From: Negaprion brevirostris
Lineage: Eukaryota
DNA: 63,492 nucleotides
NCBI GenBank assembly: GCA_030324005.1
Contig: JARDVH010000121.1
Coordinates: forward strand, 46,589,702 to 46,653,193
Direction: 5' to 3'
Below, piece by piece: positions 37,110 to 51,030 of this stretch. The translations under genes and the position numbers were made by a program. Positions within the stretch are counted from its first letter, which is position 1, and the number at the start of each line of letters is the position of its first letter. The notes under the pieces are model-generated. The model did not search any database. It was given only the letters and a program-made list of their open reading frames with translations, and had not been told where the DNA came from.

Positions 37110-37590
37110 TAGAATTGGAGTCATAGAGGTTTATAGCATGGGAACAGGCCTTTGGCCAAACTTGTCCATGCCGCCCCAATTACAGGCATTTGGCCAATAT
37201 CCCTCTATATCCATCTTACCCACCTAACTGTCTAAATGCTTTTTTAAACAAAAAATTGTACCCGCCTCTACTATTACCTCTGTCGTTCCAGACACTCAAC
37301 ACCCTCTGTGTGGGGAAAAAATTGCCCCTCTGGACCCTTTTATATCTCTTCCCTTTCACCTTAAACCTATGTCCTCTAGTTTTAGGCTCCCCTACCTTTG
37401 GGAAAAGATGTTGACTATCTACCTCATCTATGCAGCTCATTATTTTATAAACCTCTATAAACCACCCTTTAGCCTCTTATGCTCCAAGGAAAAAAGTCCC
37501 AGTCTATTCAATGTCTCCTTATAACTCAAACCACCAAGTCCCGGTAGCATCCAAGTAAATCTTTTTTGCACTCTTTCTAGTTTAATAATA
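37110..37590 (-). mobile_element. CR1-clade LINE 3' fragment
   Basis: Minus-strand KTRGHRFKVKGKRYKRVQRGNFFPTQRVLSVWN. Confidence 0.88.
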
Positions 37591-38199
37591 GACTAGAAAG
37601 TAGAGGGAAACTAGATTTAATAATAGTTCTCGTTTTTAAATGATTCCAAGTTTTTTTGTTCCCTGTGCTATTCTTCCTGGGCTTCCATTGGTTACTGTGT
37701 GAGGATAGCAATGGGCTAGGTGTAAAATGGACCATTTTGAATTAAACCAACTATTATACACCGCATGTGACCCTCTCTTCCATTGAGGAGAATGGAAGGT
37801 ATAGTTGGGTGAGTTATATAATGCATGCCAATTCCATATCATCCGTTGTATACAAAAACTACCATTTCTGGGGGAAGAATTGCTTTATCAGTTCTTTTTT
37901 TTCCTCTTACTAGTTTGAACTTGTCTTTTAGTTCCACTGTCACAATGTAATTTAAAATCTGATTTACCTTTTCCATTCTTGTATACCTCAATAAGACCAA
38001 CTTTTAGATGCCTCCTTTCCGCATTGAACATAGAGTTTGCTGGACAAAGAATGTCCAAGGGACAAAGAATGTCCAAAGTTGACCTGGTTCTCCTTTTACC
38101 TGGCTGATAGTTGATAGAATCATAGAATAATACAGCATAGAATGCAATCATAATAGAGTTGTTGACTAATCATAGCAATCAAAGTGCCTCAGTTAATCT

Positions 38200-39138
38200 A
38201 AAGTCATAGAGTTTTACAGCACTAAAGAGGTCCTTTGGCCCATCGTGTGCATGCCAGCCATCAAGCACCTACCTATTCTAACCCCATTTTCCAGTACTTG
38301 GTCCATAGCCTTCTATGCTATGGTGTTTCAAGTGTCCATCTAAATGCTTCTTAAATGTTGTGAGGGTTCCCTGCTCTACCACCCTTTGAGGCAATGAGTT
38401 CTAGATTCCCACCACTTCCTGGGTGAAAAGGTTTTTCCTCAAATCCTCTCTAAGTCTCTTGCCTTAAGTCTAGTTACTATTTTGAACTTGTCACTTAGTC
38501 CCACTGTCGCAATGTAATTTAAAATTAGATTTACCTTCTCTATTCTTGTATACCGCAATAAGACCAGCTTTTCGAAAGACCTTGGGGTACATGTTCTGGC
38601 CCCCCTGGTGATTGACCCCTCTACAAAGGGGAAATGTTGCTTCCTATCTGCTCTATTAATGCCTCTCATAATTTTTTGCACATCACTTAGGATCCGCTCA
38701 GCTTTCCTTGCTCTAAGGAGGACAACACCAGCTTATCCAGCCTCTCTCCATAGCTGAAACACTCCAGCCCAGGCAACATTCTGATGAATCTCCTCTGCAC
38801 CCTTTCCAGTGCAATCACGTCCTTCCTGGTGGCAACCAGAACTGCGCACAGTACTCTGGCTGTGACCTAACAAATGTTTTATACAGCTTCATCATAACCT
38901 CCCTGTTCTTATATTCTATGCCTTGGTTAATGAAGGCAAGTATTCCAGATGCCTTTTTAACCACCTGCTGCATTTGGGGATCTATGAACATGTATCCCAA
39001 GGTCCTTCTATTCCTCTGTACTTCCTAGTGTCCATGTGTATTTCCTTGCCTTGTTAGTCCTCCCAAAATACACCACCCCACATTTTCAGGGTTAAATTCC
39101 ACTTGTCACTGTTCTGACCGTCTGACTAGCCCATCAAT
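38200..39138 (-). mobile_element. CR1-clade LINE 3' fragment
   Basis: Minus-strand VVKKASGILAFINQGIEYKNREVMMKLYKTFVRSQPEYCAQFW, plus CR1 tail. Confidence 0.9.
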
Positions 39139-42100
39139 NNNNNNNNNNNNNNNNNNNNNNNNNNNNNNNNNNNNNNNNNNNNNNNNNNNNNNNNNNNNNN
39201 NNNNNNNNNNNNNNNNNNNNNNNNNNNNNNNNNNNNNNTCCTAGGCAATTTCAGAAGTCAGTTAAGAGTCAACCACATTGCTGAGATTCTGGAGTCGCAT
39301 GTGGACCAGTCAGCTATGGGTGACATTTCCTTCCCTGGAGTAGATTTTTACTACAATTGATGATGGTATCATGGTCACCATTACTGAGAGTAGCTTACAA
39401 ATCCAAATATTTATTAACTGAATTCAAATTTCACCAGCTGCCGTGGTGGGATTAGAACTCGTGGCCCCCAGAGCATGAACTGGGTCTCTGGGATACTAGT
39501 CCAGCAACATAACCAGTGCGTCACCATCTCCCCTTAATTTGAAGGTCTGAAGTTGGCGTTAGGTTTACCTAATAATTCAATACTTGAAGAGTAATCCTGT
39601 GAAGTTTTACTACTAGCACTTAGTGGTGGCCATAGGGAACCAGAACAAGAGATGCCCTTCTTTTTCACCACATTTTGTGTCAAAAATGTGCACAAGTTCT
39701 ATGTACAGAACTAGTATTAAAAAATTACCTTCAGTTTGCCTCAGTGATGGCACGCCCCTTAGAGTAAAAAAGATTCGGGTTCAAGTCTTGCTGCTGGCAC
39801 AATTTAGGCAGTTACCTCATTGTAATTTTGTTAGTGCCACCCTTCAGATGAGATATTGGGGCAATTTTGTGCCCGTGTTTGTCATCAACAAGAACGGCGA
39901 TGCAGGTGCAAAATCTCAAGTTGAAAAATGAGATTCTCACTGGCCGAATTTTGTTTTCCAATTTTCCCCGCCCTTGCCAGTCATGCAGCGGGTTCTTGCT
40001 CAGAAAATGTGGGGGACTCATTTAAATATATTTTAATAAATTTACATATTACTAACATTTTAACAAAGATGCATATTAATAAAGGGCATACACACCACAC
40101 AATTTCCTCCCTCCTCACTGAATATTCAAACCTAGGTTCGCAACAGCTTTATGAAAACAGGAAACTGAAGGGGTTTCACTGTGGGTGTCAATGTAGCTCC
40201 TGGGGGAACAGGACATGCCTGGGCACTGCCCTGGCACTGGACAATGCTGGGCATGGGCCACCTGAGGAACCCAACTTGGGTTACCATCAATAAAGGTAGG
40301 GGGAGAGCACTGCGGCTTTTGAAAGGTGGGACACGCATAAGAAGGGAGCAGGCATTGAACAGGGAAGTGGCAACAATATTGCCGCAGTTGTGGGTGGGGT
40401 GGAGCAGGGAGCAAGAGCCCCCAATTTTGCAGTTGGCGGGAGGAGAGAGCCTCAAGATTGTGCAAAGATGATTTGGGAGAACCATTGGGGTGGAGGGAAG
40501 GGATGGAGGTTTAAAGTCAGTTGTGATCAGGATGCCTTTAAAGATGGTGCCCCAATCTCTGTGGGACTAGCCTTGCTAGCTCTGTCAGATCTGCAGCTTA
40601 GCAGTGCATCTGGAAAGGTGCATACCTGACACTGAGATTATGGGTAAATTTCACCCATTATGTTGCACGGTGAGAGGTCAGCTGGTAGAATGTTTTCTCA
40701 CNNNNNNNNNNNNNNNNNNNNNNNNNNNNNNNNNNNNNNNNNNNNNNNNNNNNNNNNNNNNNNNNNNNNNNNNNNNNNNNNNNNNNNNNNNNNNNNNNNN
40801 NNNNNNNNNNNNNNNNNNNNNNNNNNNNNNNNNNNNNNNNNNNNNNNNNNNNNNNNNNNNNNNNNNNNNNNNNNNNNNNNNNNNNNNNNNNNNNNNNNNN
40901 NNNNNNNNNNNNNNNNNNNNNNNNNNNNNNNNNNNNNNNNNNNNNNNNNNNNNNNNNNNNNNNNNNNNNNNNNNNNNNNNNNNNNNNNNNNNNNNNNNNN
41001 NNNNNNNNNNNNNNNNNNNNNNNNNNNNNNNNNNNNNNNNNNNNNNNNNNNNNNNNNNNNNNNNNNNNNNNNNNNNNNNNNNNNNNNNNNNNNNNNNNNN
41101 NNNNNNNNNNNNNNNNNNNNNNNNNNNNNNNNNNNNNNNNNNNNNNNNNNNNNNNNNNNNNNNNNNNNNNNNNNNNNNNNNNNNNNNNNNNNNNNNNNNN
41201 NNNNNNNNNNNNNNNNNNNNNNNNNNNNNNNNNNNNNNNNNNNNNNNNNNNNNNNNNNNNNNNNNNNNNNNNNNNNNNNNNNNNNNNNNNNNNNNNNNNN
41301 NNNNNNNNNNNNNNNNNNNNNNNNNNNNNNNNNNNNNNNACTTGAGGGGTGTCCTAACCACTATTCCTGACCAATATTACCGAATAAATGATTATTCATC
41401 TCATTTGCTACATGTAGCCAGAAACAAGTGAATACTCTGCTGAAATCATTGGATGTTGAGAGTTTTGGGACATCTGAAAAAAAAAATGCACTATAAATAT
41501 AAATTAATCTTAATAAAGTCCAGATTTTTAAAAAAAAACTACATATTAAGTTGTCAATACTGAGTTCATTCATACAAATTGTATTGATATAGTTGTGTTT
41601 TGAGATGGTAGTGGATCCAGAAGACCTTGGAAACTTATTCCACAGAATGACCTAGTGGTCAGAGTCTACAACTATATTGTGACTGACAGAAAAATTGACA
41701 GGGAAATATTGGCAGATTAATTTCATAGAGCCATAGAATCCCTACAGTACAGAAGGAGGTTGTTTGGCCCAGTGAACCTGCACTGACAACAATCTCACCC
41801 AGGCCCTATCCATGTGACCCCATGTATCTACCTTGTCAGGAGGATTAACACTAAAATTCAATTTATCATGACCAATCCACCTAACCCGCACACCTTTCGA
41901 CTATGGGAGGAAACCCATTGCTAAATGTGACAAAAAATACTTGATGTAAATCTGGAAACTTTAATCACATGCAGCTTCTCTCAGGTGATGCCAGGAGTCT
42001 GTCTATCCAGGATTGTAGAAAGTAAGGTTGTGTCCAAAAAGTACATGCCCCGTGCAAAAAAAAAAAATCAGTAATATAATGGATGTGGCATTGAGGTCTT

Positions 42101-43169
42101 GGGCAAGTTCCAAGTGGGCTCTGCTTAAATAGCATGTTTCAGATTATTACTTTCATCTTCATGATCCATGTTGCATTTAAATGGAAACGTTTCAACAAGT
42201 AACATCTTGAATCATTCAAAAGGCATTAGTTGGTTGCAGTGAAGAAGTCTACATTCCTGATGGGCTGTACACCTCCTTCATCTGTTTATTCTGTGGGAAG
42301 AAACAATTCGCTGTTAAATTTTTCTCTTTACAACAAGATTGCGACATTACAAAATTTAATAGAGGTTTTGGACTTTTCTCTAAAAGAATTTCAGACCATG
42401 ATTGTGGTGGGAAATGTCATGGTAAACAGAAAGGATAAATGGATTTTTAAAAGAAACAAAGACCTTGGAGATGATAACTCAGCTGTTGAAAGGCAGTTTT
42501 TTTTTATTTAGGGATGTAAAGTAGAACTGATCAAAATGTTTTAATAGGAAGACTACACTGGACTGAATATTAAATATCTAAAGTGCCAGAAACACTGGCT
42601 AACCAATGGCTACCCAACTTAATGAGCTGAAATAACTCAATTTCTATACATTCTTTCAAGTTTGCTTTTTTGCAGTTCAGGGATATGGCTTTGGAAATGT
42701 CTGCGCTCAATATTGCTTCCTCTTTAATTGATGAATCCTAAATGTAAGCTCAAAGATCAGTTCCATTAGAAGAGAACTTCACATTTGAGTCACTTCTAAA
42801 AGGACCTGCTTCTTGCTATTATAGATGAAAGATGTAACAATTGCAGGTACAGCATTTAATTAGGTCTCTTGAGCTGATGTCAGAGGGCACTTCTGACATC
42901 AGGTCAAGGGCACCGTGGTTTTCAATGATTACAATCTTATACCATTCATTCATAGGCTTCTGCCAATACCAGTGTCAATGTGAACAAGCTTAATGCTTAA
43001 TTGACATCCTATCTACCACCTGAAACATTCCCTCCCTCTGTCACTGACACAGTGGCAGCAGTGTGCACCATCTACAGGAGCAGCCATGTTTCATTGTCTG
43101 GCAATGGATAACTCCAATATGGCTGAGGTCATGCATCCATTAACAATTGATCCTCAATATTTTTAAGAT

Positions 43170-45480
43170 ACTCTTTCACAAATTTTGGGTGTTGCTGGCT
43201 AGGCATCCTTAGCTTCCTTTGCGAAGGTGATGGTGAGCTGCTGCCTTGAGCCACTGCAATGTGTGTGCTATAGGTAAATCAATGGTGCTGTCACAGAAAG
43301 AGTTGTAGGATTTTGACACATGGAGAGTGAAGACACAGTAAATGTAGTTCCAAGTCTGGGGGGTGTTTGGCTTTGAGGGAGACTTGCAGGTGGTGGTGTT
43401 TCCATGCATCTACTGCCATTGTGTTGGAGATCTAAGTGGTAGAGATAAAGAGTTTGGAAGGTGCTGTCAAAGGGGTCTTGGTGAGTTGCTTTAATGAATC
43501 TTGTAGATGGTGCACACTGCTGCCACTGTGTCAGTGGTGGAGGGAGTGAATGTTGAAGGTGGTGGATGGGTTGCCAGTCAAGCAGGCTGCTTTAGTTTCG
43601 ATGGTCCATAGAATCTCTACAACACAGAAGGAGACCATCAGCCCACTGAGTCTCACTGACTCTCAAATGGCATCCCACCCACTACTGAGTAGGCTTCTGG
43701 TGCTGAGAGTTCCAAATGTAGCATACACTCTACCAGTATTGTCAAAAAGAAAAATACAGGCTTAGCGTATAGCACTCTGTTACTGCCTGGCTCGCATTAA
43801 TGTTTTGCCTTGGGTTGCCAACCGAATTGGAGGCATTCCTGGAGATTTGATAACATAACATTCCAACCACATAACTCTTGACTATATGATGCCTAATCAA
43901 ATGATANNNNNNNNNNNNNNNNNNNNNNNNNNNNNNNNNNNNNNNNNNNNNNNNNNNNNNNNNNNNNNNNNNNNNNNNNNNNNNNNNNNNNNNNNNNNNN
44001 NNNNNNACTGAGTTCATAGCCCCTGATCTGTTCTGGTAACTGCAGTATTCATATGGCTGGTCCAGTTCAGGTTCTGATCAATGGTAATGCCCACAATGTT
44101 GATAGTGATACTAATTCCCATGAAAGTCAAGGGAGGATGGCCATTGCCTGGCACTTGTGCGGCTTGATATTTACCAGCCTAAGCCTGAATGTTGCCCAGA
44201 TCTTGTGTATCTGAGGAGTCATGAATGGTAGTGAACATTGTGCAATTATCAGAAAACACAAACATCCCTACTTCTGACCTTATGATGGTAGGAAGATGGC
44301 TGGGCTTAGGACACTGCACTGAGGAACTTCTGCATGATGCCCTGGGACTGAGGTGATTGACATCGAACAGCTACAACCATCTTCCTTCATTCTAAATACA
44401 ATTCCAACCAGTGGAGTGTTTTTCTCAATTCCCATTGACTTCAGTTTTGTTGCCAAATATAGTCAAATGTTGTTTTGATGTCAAGGGCAGTTATTCTCAC
44501 TCCTCTCTGGAGTTCAATTCTTTTTTCCATATTTGAATCAAGGCAGTAATGAGTTCAGGAGCTGAGTGGCCCTGGTAGAACCCAAACGTGAGCATAAGTG
44601 AGCAGGTTATTGCCATGTAATTGCTGTTTGATAACTGTTGATGACACCTTCCATCACTTGGTTGATGATCAAGAGTAATCTGATGGGGCAGCAGTGAGCA
44701 AGTTTGGATTTGTCCTACTCTTTGTGATTAGGCCATACCTGGGCAACTTGCAGCATTGTTGAGTAGATGCTAGTGTTGGAGCTGCACTGGCACAGCCTGG
44801 CCAGAAGTGCAGCAATTTCTGGCAGAAGTCTTCAGTGCTGCAGCTGGAATGTTGTCAGGACCCATAGCCTCATCAGTAACCAGCACCTTCAGCTGTTTCT
44901 TGACATCAAATGAACCTAACTGGCTGAAGATTAGCATCTGTGATTCTGGAGACTACAGGAGGAGGCCAAGATGGATTACCCACACGGTAACTCTGGCTGA
45001 AGGTGGTTGCAAATAATCCATCTCAATTCACTAGCATTGGCTTTTGCCTGTATGTGCTGGGGTAATTGTGGAGTCTCCTCTGGATAGTTGTTGAATTGTC
45101 CACCACTATTCATTACTGGATGTGGCTGGACTGCAAAGCTTGGATTTGACCTGTTGGTGTAGAGCAACCTGTCAGCAGCTATTGAGCCTCTCTGGGTAAT
45201 GGATTTTGAAGTTTACCATCTAGAATACATCCTCTGCCCTCACCATCTTCTATGCTTCAATCTGGTATTCAACTTGCAGGACTATTGCTTCATTGACTGA
45301 GGAGGGCAGTATATGGTAATTAGTTGGAGGTTTCCTTGCCCATGTTTGACTTAATGCCTTGAGAAGTTTTGGGTCCAGAGTCAAAGTTAAGGGCTTCCAG
45401 GGCAACTCCCTCTCTGCTGTGTACTACTATGCCACAACCTCTAGTGGATCAATCCTGCCAATGAGATAGTAGATATGGTG
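43170..45480 (-). mobile_element. Long fragmented jockey/CR1-group LINE
   Basis: Tail gaaggtgatggtgagctgctgccttgagcc and cttgtagatggtgcacactgctgcc match the family at 12020-13567. RT-region remnants follow. A similar copy lies at about 54820-55480. Confidence 0.7.
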
Positions 45481-45664
45481 AAGTCTGGGGTATTATTTGT
45501 TATAAATGATATATTAATTGTTTTTAAAATTTTTCATGGGATATGGATGTCACCGACAAAGCCAGTATTTGTTACCCATCCCTAATTGCCCTTCAATTGA
45601 GTAGCTTGCTAGGACATTTCAGATGGCAACTAAGAGTTAACCACATTGCTGTGGCTCTGGATTC

Positions 45665-46797
45665 AAATAAAGAACAAAGAACAGTGCAGCACAGGAATAG
45701 GCCCTTTGGCCCAGCAAGCCTGCACTGATCATTTTGTCCTTCCTAGACCAACCACCCATATCCCTCTCTAGCCTACCTGTTCATGTGTCTGTCAAGATGA
45801 ATCTTAAATGTCGCTAATGTATCTGCCTCCACCACCTCACTTGGCAGTGCATTCCAGGCCCACACTATCCTTTGTGTTTTTTTTTGAAAAAAGCTTCCCC
45901 AGCAAACCTCTACTGAACCCCCACACCGCCCCCCCCCCCTTTACTTTGAACTTGTGTCCTCTTATGATTGATATTTCTGGCCCGGGGGAAAAAAGTTCCT
46001 AACTGTTCACCTATGCCCCTCGTAACTTTATAAACTTCTATCAGGTCACCCCTTTGCCGTTGTCTTTCCAGGGAGAATAATCCTAGTTTATTCAGTCTTT
46101 CCTCATAGCTAATACCCTCTGTATTAGGCAACATCCTGGTAAACCTTTTCTATACTCCCTCCAAAACCACCACCATCCTTCTGGTAGTGTGGTGACCAGA
46201 ATTGGACACAGTATTCTAAATGTGGCCGAACCAATATTTTAAATAACTAACGTAATTTGCCACCTTTTATATTCTGTGCTGGCCAATGAAGGCAAGCATG
46301 CCATATGCTTTCTTCACCACCATCTTCACCTGTGCTGTCCCTCTTAAGGATCTGTGGACCTGTGTTCCCAGATCTTTGTGCGGTTATGCTCCTGATGGTT
46401 CTGCCATTTATTTTATAGCTCCCACTGAATTGGATTTAGCAAAATGCATCACCTCACATTTGTCTGGATTAAATTCCATCTGCCATTTCTCTGTCCAATT
46501 TTCCAGCCTGTCTATATCCTGCTGTATTCTCTGACAATCTTCATTACTGTCCACAACTCCAGCAATCTTAGCGTCATCCACAAACTTGCTAATTAGGACA
46601 GTTATGTTACATTATAAACAATAGAGGTCCCAGCATTGATCACTGCGGAACACCACTAGTTACAGACCTCTGTTCAGAAAAACACCCTCCCACCGCTACC
46701 CTCTGTCCTATGTGACCAAGCCGGTTCTGAATCCATCCAGCTAGTTCACCCTTGATCCTGTGTGATTGTACCAACCCTACCATGAGGGACCTTGTCA
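45665..46797 (-). mobile_element. CR1-clade LINE 3' fragment (HER1-like)
   Basis: Minus-strand ORF remnants SYEERLNKLGLFSLERQRQRGDLIEVYK and WIQNRLGHIGQRVAV...VTSGVPQ. Tail gggccaaagggcctattcctgtgctg. Confidence 0.9.
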
Positions 46798-47855
46798 TCC
46801 TGGAGCTGTGAAGCAGCAGTGCTAACCACTGTGCCACCCTGCCGCCCTTGGTAACACACCTACAGCAGCATCTGCTGTAATTTTTGTTGGTAAAGAACTG
46901 CTTCCGCAAAGCAATGGGAGAATATCAAAATGCCTTTCACATATGTAAATGACCTCCCTTCAATCTAAAAGAAGTACAAATAAAAATTGCGTAAGCTGCT
47001 TTATGACTAAAGCACCCATTGGATGGTTGTGAAGAATAAGATTCATCCATCCGCTGTCCCCTCTAGCTTTGCAAGAGTCTTCTGGATCTCCCGAGCTTGT
47101 GGATGGAGAATCTAGCGTTCACCATCTTCATTTTAAAATAGTTCCAGTTGAAAGATGGGTGGGCAATTTCACATGAAGTCTTGATGTATCTGTTCATCTT
47201 TTGGTCACAAATGTGGATGTTATCAGAACTGAAGTTTATGATAAACAGTGAGGTCAGTCACATGTGGTTATGATCAGACAAAGTGCTGGAGTTAGTTGCA
47301 AATTTAATGAACTCGTGGTGTGACTGAAACTGGAGGAGTGAGATCTATTAAGCTGTAATTTTAAAAAAACCTGGCTCTGCCCAAATATATTAAACCTTAC
47401 AGAAATACTAAAAGTAATCCTGTCCACACAGTAGTTCTATTGCTTAAAATATTGTATTGCCTCTGTGTTCCGAGATATGGTCGGTTCAAGCCAACTCTCA
47501 TCTCTTATCATTATAAGTTAGGAGGATTTATGGCTCTAGAGGTAGCAGACCTGTCTCTGAGCCAAGAGCTCCAGATTCATTTCCCATTCCAGGACTTGTT
47601 GGCTATGGAAAAAGTATTCATGCTATGGCTCAGCACATTGATAATCAGCCCCGCTAACCCTTCCAGCACTTCCCCAGTGTTCCCCAAAGGAGAAAATAAT
47701 GTGAGAAGATGTGACACATTGTCAGTCAGCCATAATTATATATTCACCTAGAGGGTAGGGGTGTCCCCACAGGAAAATTGTGATGACTCTAGTGGTAACT
47801 TAACTGTTCCCCTAGCTCCTGCCAAGTGTATGGGATTAGTAAGGTATGAAGATAA

Positions 47856-48473
<618 letters not shown>

Positions 48474-49499
48474 TAAAATCCCATCCATTTAATGTGTTCA
48501 CGCTCGCAGTTCACTTCCATTTCTTCCAGGCTTGTTCACTTGATTATTCTGAAATTTGTCTCTCAATTCCTGAGCAATGGACTTTTTTTTAGGCTTGTCA
48601 GGCAGCTGGAGATTTTCACTTAATGAGACCTCCTTATTGCCTGCAAGCATCAATTGAGGATCGTTATCCTGCATACACACCAAGAGGAGTTGTCCATTTA
48701 TTGCCAAATTATCTCCTGCCTGGAAGATTTGGTTTGCAATTTGGCTTCAAGAAATTGCGATCAAATTGCCTGTTTGAGTTTCCATGAGATCCTGGGTGGG
48801 ATCACGGCAGATGAATTGGGTAATGAGGTCCTCTGACTCTTTGCCTCATTTTCTCTACCCTCCCTAGAAACAATACTGGCCACCATTTCTGTGCCCATTT
48901 GAATGGAGATATCAGTGAATTGGGGAAAGGAGGGGAGAGATCTCGTATAGTAGCTGCCAGTGGTGGTAGAGTTAAAATTGGTGACCGCAAGAGAGCAGAT
49001 TTGGAGGAGTGCATTTTCCTCAGAGTGTTGTAGGTTGGTGGAGATCAGAGATGGGGAAGGGGGTGAGGCTATGGAGGGATTTTAAATGCAAGGATGAGGA
49101 TATTAAAATCAAGGCATTTCTTTAGCCAGGTGATGGATGTAGGTCAGTGTGCCCAGTGGTGTTGGGTGAATGAGACTTGGGTGTGAGTTAGAAAATGGGC
49201 AGAATTTTGGCTGAACACTAGGGTAGAATGTGGGAGATAAGCTGGTGAGGGAGGGGAGTATAGAATAGTCAAATCTTGAGGTAATACAAACCTGGAGGAG
49301 AGTTTGGAAAAATAAGAGGTGAGGACTCAGCCTCCCATCCATGATAGTTACTGTAACTCTCCAGAACAATCAATTAGAATGCTTATTTCCACCTCTATAA
49401 TGTTGTTCAACACTCTGTCTCAACTTTCTTACTGCCAAAACCCTCCTCCAACACTGTATTATCATCCTTGTATCCAAATCCCTCCATGGCCTCATCCCT

Positions 49500-51030
49500 C
49501 ACTATCTTTAATACAAGAGCAGGAATGTGCTGCTGAGGCTGTATAAGGCTCTGGTCAGACCCCTTTTGGAATATTGTGAGCAGTTTTGAGCCCCATACCT
49601 AAGGAAGGATGTGTTGGCCTTGGAGGGGATCCAGAGGAAGTTTACAAGAATTATCCCAGGAATGAAAGGTTTGTCATTACAGGACTCTGGGTCTATGTTC
49701 GGAGTTTAGAAGGATCGGGGGAGGGATCCAATTGAAATTTAGAGTATACTGAGAGGCCGAGATAGAGTGGACTTTGAGACAATGTTTTCATTCATGGGAG
49801 AGACTAGAACTTGAGGGCACAACCTCAGTGAATGGATGCTCCTTTAAATCTCAGATGAGGAGGAATTTCTTCAGCCAGAGAGTGGTAAATCTGAAGAACT
49901 CATTGCCACAGAGATAGATAGGTTTTTGATCAATAAGGGGATCAAAGGTTATGGGAAGAAGGCAGGAGAATGAATGGTGGAGCAGACTTGATGGGCCAAA
50001 TGGCCTAATTCCACTCCTATATCTAATGGTCTCATGGCCTCCTTCCTCCAACTCTCACCTTAATCCTATGCCCTCTAGTTTTAGGCTCCCCAGTCTTTGG
50101 GAAAAGATGTTGACTATCTACCTTATCCATGCCCCTCGTTATTTTATAGACCTCTATAAGATCACTCCTAAGCTTCCTACTCTCCAGGGAAAAAAGTCTG
50201 TTTATCCAGCCTCTCCTTATAACTCAAGCTATCAAGTCCCAGTAGCATCATAATAAATCTATTCTGCTCTCTTTCTAGTTTAAGAATTTTAATAATATCC
50301 TTTCTATGATAGGGTAATCAGAACTATACACTGTATTTCAAGTGTGACCTTAACAATGTTTTGTACCACTTCAACAAAATGTCCCAACTCCTGTATTCAA
50401 TGTTCTGACTAATGAAACCAAGCATGCCAAATGCTGCCTTCACCTGTGACTCCACTTTTTCAAGGAGCTACGAACCTCTACCCCTAGATCTTTGTTCTAT
50501 AACTGTCCCCAATGAAAGAAGCCATGCAGCCTGTTGTGTCTACATTGGAACAGCTTAACTCATGCCACTCTCTTGCCACCTCCACGTGGCCCTGCACGTT
50601 CTTCCTTTCTAAGTAACCATCCAATTCTCTCTTGAAAGCGTCGGTTGAACCTGCTTCCATCATGCTGTCAGGTCGAGCATTCCGGATCCTGGCTGTCTGC
50701 TGCATGGAGATTTTTTTTCCACATTTCGCCATTGCATCTTTTACCAATTACTTGAAATCTGTGCCCTCTTGTTCATGATCCTTCCACCATTTGGGAACGG
50801 TTTTCTCCTACCTACCTATCCAGACTGCTCATGGTCTTGAGTACCTCTATTAAACCTCCTTGACCTTCAGCTCTCCAAGGAAAACAGTCCCAACTTCTCC
50901 AATCTAATAGCAAGCTCTTCCTCCCTGGCACCATTCTGATGAGCCTCTTTGTGCACTATGATACCTTCAAATCTTTCCTAAAGTGTGGTGCCCAGAATTA
51001 GACAGACTACCTGATGTGGCTGAATCGGCT
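49500..51030. mobile_element. Cluster of CR1 fragments (49500-50030 plus; 50030-50505 and 50510-51030 minus)
   Basis: LLRLYKALVRPLLEYCEQF and EAGSTDAFKRELDGYL remnants. Confidence 0.85.

Noticed and set aside
40604-41431. Long ORFs of 227-275 aa, and similar ones at 18088-18625 and 23423-23858
   Set aside because: They consist mostly of X from N gaps.
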